From a plasmid: a stretch of 64,000 nt of DNA. The notes under the pieces are model-generated. The model had not been told where the DNA came from, ran no database searches, and saw only the letters and a list, made by a program, of their open reading frames with translations. Positions 19,164 to 28,500 of this stretch are shown piece by piece. The stretch lies in the sequence record LC546831.1. One strand, given 5' to 3'. Numbering within the stretch: position 1 is the stretch's first letter; each line of letters begins with the position of its first letter. The position numbers and the translations under genes were made by a program.

Positions 19164-19933
19164 ATTTGCCAGCCCAGTATACCCAGCCCCCGGCTTTACA
19201 GTTACCAGTGGCGATTGATTATCCTGCTGCGCTTGCCCTGCGTCAGATGGCTCTTGTCCATGACGAACTGCCCAAATACCTGCTGGCGCCGGAGATCAGC
19301 GCCCTGCTCCACTACGTACCGGACTTGCACCGTAAACTGTTGCTGGCCACCCTGTGGAACAGCGGCGCCCGGATCAACGAGGCACTGGCGCTGACGCGCG
19401 AGAATTTCTCGCTGGCGCCGCCCTACCCGTTCGTGCAGCTGGCCACCCTCAAGCAGCGCACGGAAAAGGCGACCCGCAGCGCCGGCCGGTTGCCGGCGGC
19501 CAGCACGCCGCCGCGCGTGGTGCCGCTGTCCGATCCGCAGTACGTGGCGCAGCTGCAGATGATGGTGGCCACGCTGAAAATTCCGCTCGAGCGCCGCAAC
19601 GCGCGCACCGGCCGGATGGAAAAGGCGCGGCTGTGGACGATCACCGATCGGACGGTGCGCAGCTGGCTGGCGGAGGCGGTGGACGCCGCGGCGCGCGACG
19701 GGGTTACGTTCTCGGTGCCCGTCACTCCGCACACCTTCCGCCACAGCTACGCGATGCACATGCTGTATGCCGGCATTCCGCTCAAGGTACTGCAGGCGCT
19801 GATGGGGCACAAGTCGATCAGTTCGACGGAGGTCTACACCAAAGTCTTTGCGCTGGATGTGGCAGCGCGGCACCGGGTACAGTTCTCGATGCAGGAGACT
19901 GACGCGGTGGCAATGCTTAAAGGATTGAACTGA
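19160..19933 (+). CDS. Tyrosine site-specific recombinase (phage integrase family; plasmid resolvase/shufflon-type), 257 aa
   Basis: Catalytic R...HTFRHSYA...LMGHKSISSTEVYTKV (R-H-R-Y tetrad pattern). Confidence 0.85.
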   Translation: MNLPAQYTQPPALQLPVAIDYPAALALRQMALVHDELPKYLLAPEISALLHYVPDLHRKLLLATLWNSGARINEALALTRENFSLAPPYPFVQLATLKQRTEKATRSAGRLPAASTPPRVVPLSDPQYVAQLQMMVATLKIPLERRNARTGRMEKARLWTITDRTVRSWLAEAVDAAARDGVTFSVPVTPHTFRHSYAMHMLYAGIPLKVLQALMGHKSISSTEVYTKVFALDVAARHRVQFSMQETDAVAMLKGLN

Positions 19934-20095
19934 ATAGCGTCGATTTTTAGTTTCATGCGGTTTGTGGCGATTTGCACCCGTTTAGCCTCAATTGCTAAGC
20001 GCACCACGGGAAAAAGAGGAATGGAGCTGGTTGCTACCGCCTTTCGTCGGAGGTATCGAATTTTCCGCAATTAGTGATAGTGTCGAGATAATCAG

Positions 20096-20111
20096 GTTTC
20101 GCATGCGAAAT
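20096..20111. promoter_or_regulatory. Palindromic operator copy 1, GTTTCGCATGCGAAAT (one mismatch)
   Basis: Member of a 7-copy family of the 16-bp perfect palindrome GTTTCGCATGCGAAAC. Confidence 0.6.
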
Positions 20112-20131
20112 TTATTATGAAGGAGATGATG

Positions 20132-20326
20132 ATGATTCAACCCCATCTTGGTCGTTATTCAACGGTCTGTTTGGTCTGTGCCATAATTAACGGATGTACC
20201 GTAGCTTACAATGGATTTTTCCGCTCAGGAGAGATGTCCATAGTTCTGAACTCACTTTTGGCTCTATCTTGTGTTGCATTGGTGTATGTCGGTATTGGCT
20301 TGGAAAAGGTGAGCAAATCGAATTGA
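20132..20326 (+). CDS. Small membrane protein (about 64 aa; the upstream ATG at 20117 lacks a good RBS)
   Basis: AAGGAG RBS then ATG; two hydrophobic helices. Confidence 0.4.
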   Translation: MIQPHLGRYSTVCLVCAIINGCTVAYNGFFRSGEMSIVLNSLLALSCVALVYVGIGLEKVSKSN

Positions 20327-20330
20327 TGAC

Positions 20331-20346
20331 GTTTCGCATGCGAAAC
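20331..20346. promoter_or_regulatory. Palindromic operator copy 2, GTTTCGCATGCGAAAC
   Basis: Perfect 16-bp palindrome. Confidence 0.6.
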
Positions 20347-20392
20347 TTTTCTAAATGCATTTGGTAGTGGAATTTACAAGGAGGATGTACGA

Positions 20393-20581
20393 ATGGAGAG
20401 ATTACATTCAGCGGTGTTTTCTGTACTGCTATTGATTATGGCATGTTTGTTTTTTGGTCTGTATTGGTACGGCGATGATAGTCTGCGCCCTTCCCTGATA
20501 ACGATAGTATTCGCCGTCATCAGTCTCACTGGCGGAGTTCTAACCATGATCAGCTATGCGTTGTCTGCAAGGAAAAACTAG
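20393..20581 (+). CDS. Small membrane protein (62 aa, two TM)
   Basis: GGAGG RBS; hydrophobic. Confidence 0.4.
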   Translation: MERLHSAVFSVLLLIMACLFFGLYWYGDDSLRPSLITIVFAVISLTGGVLTMISYALSARKN

Positions 20582-20596
20582 TTTCGCATGCGAAAC
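20581..20596. promoter_or_regulatory. Palindromic operator copy 3, GTTTCGCATGCGAAAC
   Basis: Perfect 16-bp palindrome. Confidence 0.6.
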
Positions 20597-20734
20597 CTCT
20601 ATTGTGACGAGAAAGCTATGTTGGAGTATCCTGCTCCTTTACTGGTTTAATGACTAACGCGCTGCGCTTGTTAACTGCGGCACGCCTGCGAAATGATTTC
20701 GCCAGGCTTTTCCGCAGTATCCCCTCTTCCTAAA

Positions 20735-20750
20735 GTTTCGCATGCGAAAT
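20735..20750. promoter_or_regulatory. Palindromic operator copy 4, GTTTCGCATGCGAAAT (one mismatch)
   Basis: 16-bp palindrome family. Confidence 0.6.
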
Positions 20751-20871
20751 TCCTCCATATTTTTAAATATCTTTATTGATATTTGATTTATTGTGAGCTA
20801 TATTCTCTGTACTGATAGTGGAAAGCCACTATCGACTCTCTGGCGCAAAGCCATACTCAAAGGAGAATGTC

Positions 20872-21213
20872 ATGCAACACAATGCACTCGTTGGTCGACT
20901 GATCACTCAGCCTGTCTTTGTAGTCAAAGACGACACACGGTTCTGCCGTTTCACCGTAGCTGAACTGAGAAAACGCAGTGGTAACCAAACCAAAATCGAA
21001 TTCACCGCTTTTGATGCCGTAGCCTCGCATATTGCCGATAAGTGCCTGGTCGGCGATACCGTTTCCATCAATTTCACCATCACCAATGCTGTCTATGAGT
21101 CGGATGGTGTTAATCATCATGGCTATCGGTTTCAGGCGACGTTGGTTGAATTCGTTGCCGCCGGCAAACAGCGCCGTGAGCAAGTGAGTCAACGTATTGG
21201 ACAAGGTCGTTAA
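20872..21213 (+). CDS. SSB/PriB-like OB-fold single-strand DNA-binding protein, divergent (113 aa)
   Basis: N-terminus MQHNALVGRLITQPVFVV...RFTVAE... and beta-rich pattern resembling the SSB OB fold; AAGGAG RBS. Confidence 0.4.
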   Translation: MQHNALVGRLITQPVFVVKDDTRFCRFTVAELRKRSGNQTKIEFTAFDAVASHIADKCLVGDTVSINFTITNAVYESDGVNHHGYRFQATLVEFVAAGKQRREQVSQRIGQGR

Positions 21214-21220
21214 CTTCCCG

Positions 21221-21236
21221 GTTTCGCATGCGAAAC
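21221..21236. promoter_or_regulatory. Palindromic operator copy 5, GTTTCGCATGCGAAAC
   Basis: Perfect 16-bp palindrome. Confidence 0.6.
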
Positions 21237-21262
21237 TGACCTAACTACCAGAGGTCGAGTTT

Positions 21263-21529
21263 ATGTCGATTTATATGGAATTACGCTGCGAACTCCGAGG
21301 GGAGTTACCAATTAACGAGTCAAAATGTTGGTCAGAAGTTGACCGCAGCCTGTGGGCAATGGCATTAAACACCCATGAGTCTACAGAACAGACCACAACA
21401 GAACTTTTAAGCAAGGCCACCCATGCCGGTTGGCAAAGTATTAATGGTGATTGGATATGCCCTGGCTGCCAAGAAAATCTGGCATTAACAGAGCAGATGC
21501 AGGCAGTCGCCGAAAGGCATGACCAATAA
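21263..21529 (+). CDS. Hypothetical protein (88 aa) with a CxxC pair (CPGC)
   Basis: ORF between two palindrome copies. Confidence 0.35.
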   Translation: MSIYMELRCELRGELPINESKCWSEVDRSLWAMALNTHESTEQTTTELLSKATHAGWQSINGDWICPGCQENLALTEQMQAVAERHDQ

Positions 21530-21537
21530 CAGTCTTA

Positions 21538-21553
21538 GTTTCGCATGCGAAAC
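21538..21553. promoter_or_regulatory. Palindromic operator copy 6, GTTTCGCATGCGAAAC, 20 bp upstream of parA
   Basis: Perfect 16-bp palindrome. Confidence 0.6.
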
Positions 21554-21573
21554 TTTTGAAGAGGATTTCTAAG

Positions 21574-22416
21574 ATGACAGCGAAAGTAATCACGATTTGT
21601 TCACAAAAAGGTGGCATCGGTAAGACCTTTGCCACAACGGAAATAGCGGCAGAGCTGCAGCGTCGCAGCTATCGGACATGTGCAGTTGATGGGGATTGGA
21701 TGAGCGCGCTGACGTCGCGCCAATTCCCCGATGGCCTGCCGCTGGAAATCGATGCCAATCCTTCAGGGCGCGTTCTTACGCCGGGCACCGCACACGTCAA
21801 TCGCATCTATGGGGAAGAACCCTTTGAGCCGCTGCGGCTGCATGATGGCCGTGGATTTATGGGGGCGACGGAACAGCTGAACGATATCAACAACCGCAAC
21901 TCCGATTGTATCTACGATTTCCGCGCCCGCTTCGCGGAGCTGCGCGACCAATTTGACTATATCCTGATTGACTCGTCGCCAGTCTGGTCAAACTTGCTGA
22001 TGGCCAATCACCTGGTCGCCGATTATCTGTTGATCCCAACGCTGTTGGAAAAAACATCCCGCCTCGGCGCCGAAAAACACCTGCGCACGTTGAAGAAAAT
22101 CAAGGAGCGGTATAACCCAGACCTCAAACTGCTGGGGATCGTGGTTACTCAGGCGACGGTGGCCAACTATAAGAAAGAAGTGCTGGGTGGTCGTTATGCG
22201 AGTGTCGATACCGAGAATCTCAAGATGTTGCTGGAGATCCTGGAAGAGAATGGTTTCGGGCCGGAGCATTTGCTGGAGATTATTCCCTATGTTCAAACCA
22301 AGGTCCGTGAAGCCATTGAGTTGAACTACACCATGAAAGAATACGCGCCGGACAGCCCATTGGTGGCTCGTTATGACGCGCTGGTTGACACTATCATTGC
22401 ACGGACAGGGGGCTGA
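21574..22416 (+). CDS. parA: ParA/Soj-family partition ATPase
   Basis: Deviant Walker A KGGIGKT in MTAKVITICSQKGGIGKTF. Confidence 0.85.
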   Translation: MTAKVITICSQKGGIGKTFATTEIAAELQRRSYRTCAVDGDWMSALTSRQFPDGLPLEIDANPSGRVLTPGTAHVNRIYGEEPFEPLRLHDGRGFMGATEQLNDINNRNSDCIYDFRARFAELRDQFDYILIDSSPVWSNLLMANHLVADYLLIPTLLEKTSRLGAEKHLRTLKKIKERYNPDLKLLGIVVTQATVANYKKEVLGGRYASVDTENLKMLLEILEENGFGPEHLLEIIPYVQTKVREAIELNYTMKEYAPDSPLVARYDALVDTIIARTGG

Positions 22417-22420
22417 CACG

Positions 22421-23557
22421 ATGGCCAAAAATTTCAAAGCCCAAATGCGTGAAAAGCGCGAAAAGGCCGCTTCACCGCAAACGCAGGTTGAAACTCCCGC
22501 AGTCGAACGCGAACTGGCGTTACCGCGTAATGACCTGAACCAGAACGAGCTGAAGGTCAACCGGGCTGAGCACGAGGACCCTGCGGGTCAGATAATTCGT
22601 GTTCCAATCGATGATGTCTACGCTATTGACCAGGTTCGCCCCGAAGACGACTTTGATGATGAAGTTATCGACGGGATGAAACAAACCTACGGCGACTTCG
22701 GCATTTTATCACCTCCTCGTTGTTTCCCCCGCGATAAGCGCGGATATCGCATTTGGTTGGGTGAAACGCGAGTGCGTTCTGCAAAGAAAAAAGGGGATTT
22801 GTTCATCGACATTTATGTCGGCCTGCCGCCTGAAAATGAGAAGAAGCGCATCTATGGGCAGCTGATCGAAAATCTTCACCAGTCTGGGTTAAAACCGTTA
22901 GCCACAGCAATACAGCTGCAGGCACTTCGCGATGTGCATGGTGAAACTCAGGAGTCGATGTCTCGTATTTTGGGTAAACCCAAAACGTTCATCAGTAAAC
23001 ACATGCGGTTGATTGATGCGCCGGCGCCGGTCATCGCTCTGCTGAAAGAAAAGGTGACCAAAGATGTCGACCTGGTCTATACGCTGTGCCAAATCAACGA
23101 TATCAGTCCAGAGAGCGTTGATAAACTGGCCAAACTGGTTCGGGATGGGAAGCTCACGCGCCAGGGAGCGATTAAAGAGCTGAACGTCCTGAAGGGCAAG
23201 CCGCCAAAGAACCCGCCGCCTCCGGCGCCATCAACCAACTCCGGGACAGAAACTCAGGAAGAGAACCGTAACAAAGATGTATTGACGGAACATCCGGGAA
23301 CTTCGACGAATCAAACCGGCAACACCGCCGGCGAACAGCAGAATGCCGGCAACGAACAGACCCATAAGACGCAACCGCTACAGGGCGAGTCTAACGTCAA
23401 AATCACTCGTGTCATGGTGAAGTTTGAGGGGGGGGAAGGCTATTTGCTGACTGACCGGATACCCGAGGAATATGGCCAGGTTTGGATAGCGCTGCCGTTA
23501 GGTGAACTGTGCATCGATGCCGCAGAAATATCTATCCTGGGGATCAAAGAGGTATAG
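22421..23557 (+). CDS. parB: ParB-family protein (N-terminal ParB/Srx domain with a GETRVRSA box-II-like motif), 378 aa
   Basis: Located 4 bp after parA; ParB box motifs; likely binds the parS-like GTTTCGCATGCGAAAC sites. Confidence 0.7.
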   Translation: MAKNFKAQMREKREKAASPQTQVETPAVERELALPRNDLNQNELKVNRAEHEDPAGQIIRVPIDDVYAIDQVRPEDDFDDEVIDGMKQTYGDFGILSPPRCFPRDKRGYRIWLGETRVRSAKKKGDLFIDIYVGLPPENEKKRIYGQLIENLHQSGLKPLATAIQLQALRDVHGETQESMSRILGKPKTFISKHMRLIDAPAPVIALLKEKVTKDVDLVYTLCQINDISPESVDKLAKLVRDGKLTRQGAIKELNVLKGKPPKNPPPPAPSTNSGTETQEENRNKDVLTEHPGTSTNQTGNTAGEQQNAGNEQTHKTQPLQGESNVKITRVMVKFEGGEGYLLTDRIPEEYGQVWIALPLGELCIDAAEISILGIKEV

Positions 23558-23995
23558 ATGAGTAAAGCGCTGTTTGCAGACCTGGCGGAGCAGTTTTTAT
23601 CCGTCGCAGTCAAAACCTGGGTGATACGTTCAGAATTACCGGCCGCTGCTGCGGCCGATGTTTTGCTTACCACTGCAATCCAGCAGGGCTTCCTGGAAGA
23701 CCGTGGACGCCCTTTATTGGGTAATACACTCAATGAGTGGGGGAAGAACAAGAAATACCCGCGATGGGCCATACAGAGCGCTATGGCTCTCCTTTTGGCT
23801 GATGGGTGGAAACCCGTCACCCATCCTGAATGGGCTGCCTATGCGGCTATACACGTTCAGTCTAAAAAGGGGGGATCGCTCACCCAACTCCTCGATGTTT
23901 TGCCGGAAGGGCTGGACATTGATGTGGCGGCAGGTTGGATCTGCGCGGCGACGGAAGACGCTGCCAGATATCATGATAGGAAAAAGCTGCGATGA
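23558..23995 (+). CDS. Hypothetical protein (145 aa)
   Basis: ORF immediately after parB. Confidence 0.4.
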   Translation: MSKALFADLAEQFLSVAVKTWVIRSELPAAAAADVLLTTAIQQGFLEDRGRPLLGNTLNEWGKNKKYPRWAIQSAMALLLADGWKPVTHPEWAAYAAIHVQSKKGGSLTQLLDVLPEGLDIDVAAGWICAATEDAARYHDRKKLR

Positions 23996-24312
23996 CGTTT
24001 TCTGATATTGAGGCCGCACTGTCCAGTACCGGGCGGCGTGCTTACGCCGGCGTCATTTTAGCTTTCCTGCTTGATGCTCACGATCGTGGTGCTGGTCTGG
24101 TCGAGAAGCACACTGTGGTGGAGAATGTCGGGATCACCGACACCAATGTTTCGGCGGTGGCGCGGCGCCTGGAGGAACAAGGGATAATCGAGATCCTCTA
24201 CTGGGATACAAAATCCGAGAGTCCCACATGGTCCAGCCTACGGAACGGTGCTTGGTCAGCCCCCGGATATCGTCTGCTGCCAGCTGTACTGCAGTTGTAT
24301 CGTCGTTGCTGA
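23992..24312 (+). CDS. Hypothetical protein (106 aa), possible winged-helix fold
   Basis: ATGA-coupled to the upstream gene. Confidence 0.4.
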   Translation: MTFSDIEAALSSTGRRAYAGVILAFLLDAHDRGAGLVEKHTVVENVGITDTNVSAVARRLEEQGIIEILYWDTKSESPTWSSLRNGAWSAPGYRLLPAVLQLYRRC

Positions 24313-24320
24313 ATGACAAG

Positions 24321-24336
24321 GTTTCGCATGCGAAAC
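24321..24336. promoter_or_regulatory. Palindromic operator copy 7, GTTTCGCATGCGAAAC, 35 bp upstream of the 442-aa gene
   Basis: Perfect 16-bp palindrome. Confidence 0.6.
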
Positions 24337-24370
24337 TCACCTGAGGACACAGATACGTAAAGGAACCCGT

Positions 24371-25699
24371 ATGAAACTGGTAACGAAGAAATCACCCAGA
24401 GGTCGACTGTTCGATGAGTTATCGCCTGAACAGGCGACGGCGGTAGGCAACGTTTGTGGCAAAGGACGCGTTACTTCGCTGGTTGAAAAACAGTTGGCTG
24501 AAGAGGTGCTGAGAAGCATGCGTGATAATGATCTTTGGCTGTCTTGCGGTTGCCGCACGACTGCAGAAGATCGGCCACTTAACACCGTCTGTAACCGCGA
24601 CGGATCTTTGTTCCTGGTGAATTTCAGCGGAGAGCACAGCTCGGATTGTCCGCTGTATCGTTCAAAGCGGGGTGATGATGGCACAGGGCAGGGCGGCGGG
24701 CGCCGAACAGCCGGCGCCGTGCGCATTGATTTTCGCTCTTTCTTGCCGCGAGACGATAATGGGGCTCGTATCGCTGGGCCGGCGAAGACAAACAGTCATG
24801 GCAAAGACAAAACAAGTCGGCGCCGTATACCCGCGTTGGCACGCCTGCTGCTGACCTTGATCGAGGCCGCTGGGCTTAATCGCATCGAACCGGTTTACCC
24901 TCAGCCAGGACAAACCAAAACGCAGGCGCTCAATGCGGTGAAGTTGGTTACCGAGATGGAGCACTTTGCCCAGGGTCGTCCTCTGAGCGAGATTGTATTC
25001 TTCGACCCCTGGCTGAAACAAGAACGGCTCGATGCGCGCATGCGTGAACTTGAAAACGAGGGTAAAGCCTGGCCTGCAGGGAGAGCACGAACTTTCTACC
25101 AGATCCTGTTCTCTGAGCAGGTGACACAAGATGAGGTCGTTTTCAAAAGTAAGTTCGGTGAGACAATATTCCGGCCCGAAAAGCGAGTGAGCATCAACGG
25201 CGAGGTTGATGGTCATCGGGAGAAATACTGGGTGATCCTGATGTACCGGCGCAATGATGCTGGTACGGTCGTTTGCCGCGATGCTTATGCGCATGCGCTC
25301 TTTGATTACGCCTGCCCGGTTCCGGTCGACAGTAACCTTGAACGTGAAACCATTAACTCCATCATTACTGGGGGGAAGTGGCTGCAGAGTTCAGGCTATG
25401 AGTTATCCCTTAACAAACCGCTGTTCGATATCACTGTGGACCTTGATGGCGAGGAGCGTTTTGTTTTGCCTGACTTCCTTTTGACTGTCAAACACCCTGG
25501 GCGGGTGCGAACGTCGGAGCTTGTTATCGAGACGATGGGGTATACTGATGATGACTACGTCGAACGCAAAGCGAATCAGCATAAGGGTATGAGGGAATTG
25601 GGGTTGTTGCTGAAAGATCCCCCTTATTGGCCGGCACCGGCCGATAAGCGTGATGCATTTGCACGGTATTTGTATGGGCGAATTTCGCACTTAAAATAG
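24371..25699 (+). CDS. Hypothetical 442-aa protein with an N-terminal Cys cluster (SCGC..C..C) and a C-terminal region suggestive of a nuclease-like fold; plasmid-associated family
   Basis: Long ORF with its own palindrome-associated promoter; no confident family assignment. Confidence 0.5.
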   Translation: MKLVTKKSPRGRLFDELSPEQATAVGNVCGKGRVTSLVEKQLAEEVLRSMRDNDLWLSCGCRTTAEDRPLNTVCNRDGSLFLVNFSGEHSSDCPLYRSKRGDDGTGQGGGRRTAGAVRIDFRSFLPRDDNGARIAGPAKTNSHGKDKTSRRRIPALARLLLTLIEAAGLNRIEPVYPQPGQTKTQALNAVKLVTEMEHFAQGRPLSEIVFFDPWLKQERLDARMRELENEGKAWPAGRARTFYQILFSEQVTQDEVVFKSKFGETIFRPEKRVSINGEVDGHREKYWVILMYRRNDAGTVVCRDAYAHALFDYACPVPVDSNLERETINSIITGGKWLQSSGYELSLNKPLFDITVDLDGEERFVLPDFLLTVKHPGRVRTSELVIETMGYTDDDYVERKANQHKGMRELGLLLKDPPYWPAPADKRDAFARYLYGRISHLK

Positions 25700-25726
25700 A
25701 AATTAATATTTAAATAAGGATATCGA

Positions 25727-26158
25727 ATGATGAAAAAGCTATCGGAAAAAATGCTTGATTTTGCATTGGCACGGCCATACATGTGTTTAACTCTCAGCAT
25801 AGTGTTTTTATTTTTGTGTGCTGCCAAAGGGGTAGAGTATATGGTTAATGGAAGACATTTAACACCATTGCTAATATCCATTTTGGCATGTGCAATTGGT
25901 GGGCTATTTTTCGTTTACTTTTATATGCGCCATACTTTAGCAATGAGTAGAACTTATAACTTTTTGTTAAATAATAGGAATTCTATTGCGGAGGGAGTTG
26001 CGGTGGACCACCTAAGGGCATTGGCAAAGAGTCATGCTGTTGAGAAAGAATTCGATGATTATTTTTCGTCGAAGAAACACCCTCAAAAAATTGAAGTTTT
26101 CGTGAATAAGATAAGCGAATTCGCCATGAAAAAACTCAAAGATAATTCACGTTCTTGA
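25727..26158 (+). CDS. Hypothetical membrane protein (143 aa), low-GC
   Basis: AT-rich ORF with two TM. Confidence 0.35.
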   Translation: MMKKLSEKMLDFALARPYMCLTLSIVFLFLCAAKGVEYMVNGRHLTPLLISILACAIGGLFFVYFYMRHTLAMSRTYNFLLNNRNSIAEGVAVDHLRALAKSHAVEKEFDDYFSSKKHPQKIEVFVNKISEFAMKKLKDNSRS

Positions 26159-26772
26159 TATGCACCAAAATGCTACATGTCTCTTTTTAGAGACATTGCA
26201 GATATTAACGAACGCTTTATGATGACGCGAACAACCTTACTTTGAGGCCTTCGTATGAATCATTACCCCGCTGAATATGCAGAAAATATCAATGCCCTGA
26301 AAAACGGGCAGGGCGTTGTTCGAATCGAATCATGGATGCCCGACGAGGTTATTGGGAAACTCATCCGCCGAAAACTGGAACAGGCGGAGGGCGCCGATAT
26401 TACGGTGACGTATACGGTGATCACGGATGAAATGCAGCAGGCGGCCCACAATTTCTGACCACTCTCCTCTGAATAAGGCCGTCGCTGCGCTCCGCTCTTT
26501 TCTGATTCCGCCTGGCGGCGGCCACCTCCCGAACACCGTCATATCCCTATAGCGGGCCTGCAGCCCGATGACATCTTGCCATACCCCGGCCTTGGCGGGG
26601 CGACGGCATGCCGTCTTCAAGCGGCTTTCGCGGCATATCCTTGCCGCGCGCGGCGGCGGTATTCCACGTCCGCTTGACCCGCGGCGGTGCCTGGCCGCGC
26701 TGACATCGGGCCGCAGGGAACGGGTGCCGCACCGGCACCCTCCTGCCGTCCCTTGTCAGACGAGGAACGCTT

Positions 26773-27417
26773 ATGTCCCGCTATGTGTTGGGTGACTCCG
26801 TACAAGTCATGTCTTCTTTCCCTGCCGGCAGTATCGACTTTATTCTGACCGATCCTCCATACCTGGTTGGTTTTACCGATCGCTCCGGGCGCTCGATCGC
26901 CAACGATACGAACCCTGACTGGGTGCTGCCGGCGAGCCGGGAAATGTTTCGGGTGCTCAAACCCAATAGCCTGATGGTGAGCTTCTATGGTTGGAACCGC
27001 ATCGATGCCTTTGTCGGCGCCTGGAAGGCCGCTGGCTTCCGTATCGTTGGCCACCTGGTGTTTACCAAGCAATATGCCTCGAAATCCGCGTTTGTCGGCT
27101 ATCAACACGAGAGCGCTTATATCCTGGCGAAAGGTAGGCCGGCACTGCCGGCACAACCTCTCGCTGATGTGCAGAGTTGGCAATATACCGGCAACCGCCA
27201 CCACCCGACCGAGAAACCCGTTTCCAGCCTGCGACCGCTGATCGAGTCCTTTACCCAGCCTGGCGCCATTGTTCTCGATCCGTTCGCCGGCTCCGGTTCG
27301 ACCTGCGTCGCCGCTGCCTTGTCCGGGCGCCGCTATATTGGCATCGAGCTGTTACCTGACTACCACGCTACGGGCTGTCGTCGCCTGGCTGCGCTGCGCG
27401 GCCGGCGCGCGGCATAA
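26773..27417 (+). CDS. Orphan DNA N6-adenine/N4-cytosine methyltransferase (beta-class, motif order IV then I)
   Basis: DPPY motif near the N-terminus and LDPFAGSGST motif I near the C-terminus; no adjacent restriction gene. Confidence 0.85.
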   Translation: MSRYVLGDSVQVMSSFPAGSIDFILTDPPYLVGFTDRSGRSIANDTNPDWVLPASREMFRVLKPNSLMVSFYGWNRIDAFVGAWKAAGFRIVGHLVFTKQYASKSAFVGYQHESAYILAKGRPALPAQPLADVQSWQYTGNRHHPTEKPVSSLRPLIESFTQPGAIVLDPFAGSGSTCVAAALSGRRYIGIELLPDYHATGCRRLAALRGRRAA

Positions 27418-27431
27418 GGGGAGGGATACCG

Positions 27432-27653
27432 ATGAACTATCAGGGCCATGAGAAATTACGCGCCGACGTGGCGGCGCTGTCAAACGACATGTGGGAGCTG
27501 CATTTGCGATTGAGGGAACTGGTCAGCACGCATTTCTGGAACAGCGATGTATTGGCCGATCGTCTGGCCGGCCACATTCTGCGTGATGCGCACGATCGCT
27601 TCCTTGAGGTCTGCAAAGCTGTCAACGAACTGGATCACCATTTCAGGGAATAG
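27432..27653 (+). CDS. Hypothetical protein (73 aa)
   Basis: ORF 15 bp after the methylase. Confidence 0.35.
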   Translation: MNYQGHEKLRADVAALSNDMWELHLRLRELVSTHFWNSDVLADRLAGHILRDAHDRFLEVCKAVNELDHHFRE

Positions 27654-28074
27654 TGGAAAGCAATACCGGGCGGGCAAGGGAGCCTGCCCGGATCACCAGG
27701 CGGTATCACGGTCGGCCGCCGCAGCGTATCGAACGCCGCCCGACCGTGATACCGCCACGCGGCAATTGCCGGCGTCGCCGGCGCCGCAAAGGGCGCAGGC
27801 TGGGCCTGCCTACACCTCTCTAAATCCACTTCCTCTGCCGCTGCTGCGTAGTGACGGCCTGTGCCGTCCCCAAACGCTAGTCCGGCTCGGTTGTGTTCAA
27901 GCGCCGCGGTGCTCGCCGTCGGCACCCGTTCGCACCCGTTACGGGCATTCAGCCGCGCAACGGGCTTGCGCTGCGGCTTTGACGGCGCCCTTGACCACTG
28001 CCCTCAAGGCCGGCCTTTCGAATGGGTACGGCACCGGCCGGTGTCGCAAACCCTGAAACTGTGGAGGTAGTCCC

Positions 28075-28500
28075 ATGCAACATGCTCATTCCGTCAACCT
28101 GCAGGTGTGTGAAGCCGATCGTCTGTCATTCCTGCCGTACCTGTTCGACGGCGATTTCCTGCGCGCTGAAATGCAAATTTACGCCACCGCCGATCGCTAC
28201 TTGTCGGGTTACAACGGTGGGTTCTGGCATTTCATCCGCCTGCCGAATGGCGGCGGGTATATGGCGCCGGATATTGATCAGGTGACGTTGAGCAATGCCG
28301 ATAACTGGTTCGAAAAAACCATCAGCGGCGATGCCGCCGGCATTATCTTGACGTCGCTGGTCATTAACCGCCGCTGCTGGTTCCATCACGACCGCGGCAA
28401 TGCCGGCATGGTGCAAATGTATATCCAGCGGGAAGACCAGTTGAAAACCTACATCGATACGCACCCGGAACGGGCTGATATCTGGCGCGCCCTGGACTGA
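28075..28500 (+). CDS. ArdB/KlcA-family antirestriction protein (141 aa)
   Basis: GGFWHFIRLPNGGGYMAPD matches the KlcA/ArdB core GG.W..Y.L.NGG.FMAP. Confidence 0.7.
   Translation: MQHAHSVNLQVCEADRLSFLPYLFDGDFLRAEMQIYATADRYLSGYNGGFWHFIRLPNGGGYMAPDIDQVTLSNADNWFEKTISGDAAGIILTSLVINRRCWFHHDRGNAGMVQMYIQREDQLKTYIDTHPERADIWRALD

Noticed and set aside
19202-19902. 223-aa minus and 182-aa plus ORFs overlapping the tyrosine recombinase
   Set aside because: They are alternative frames of a clearly conserved recombinase gene.
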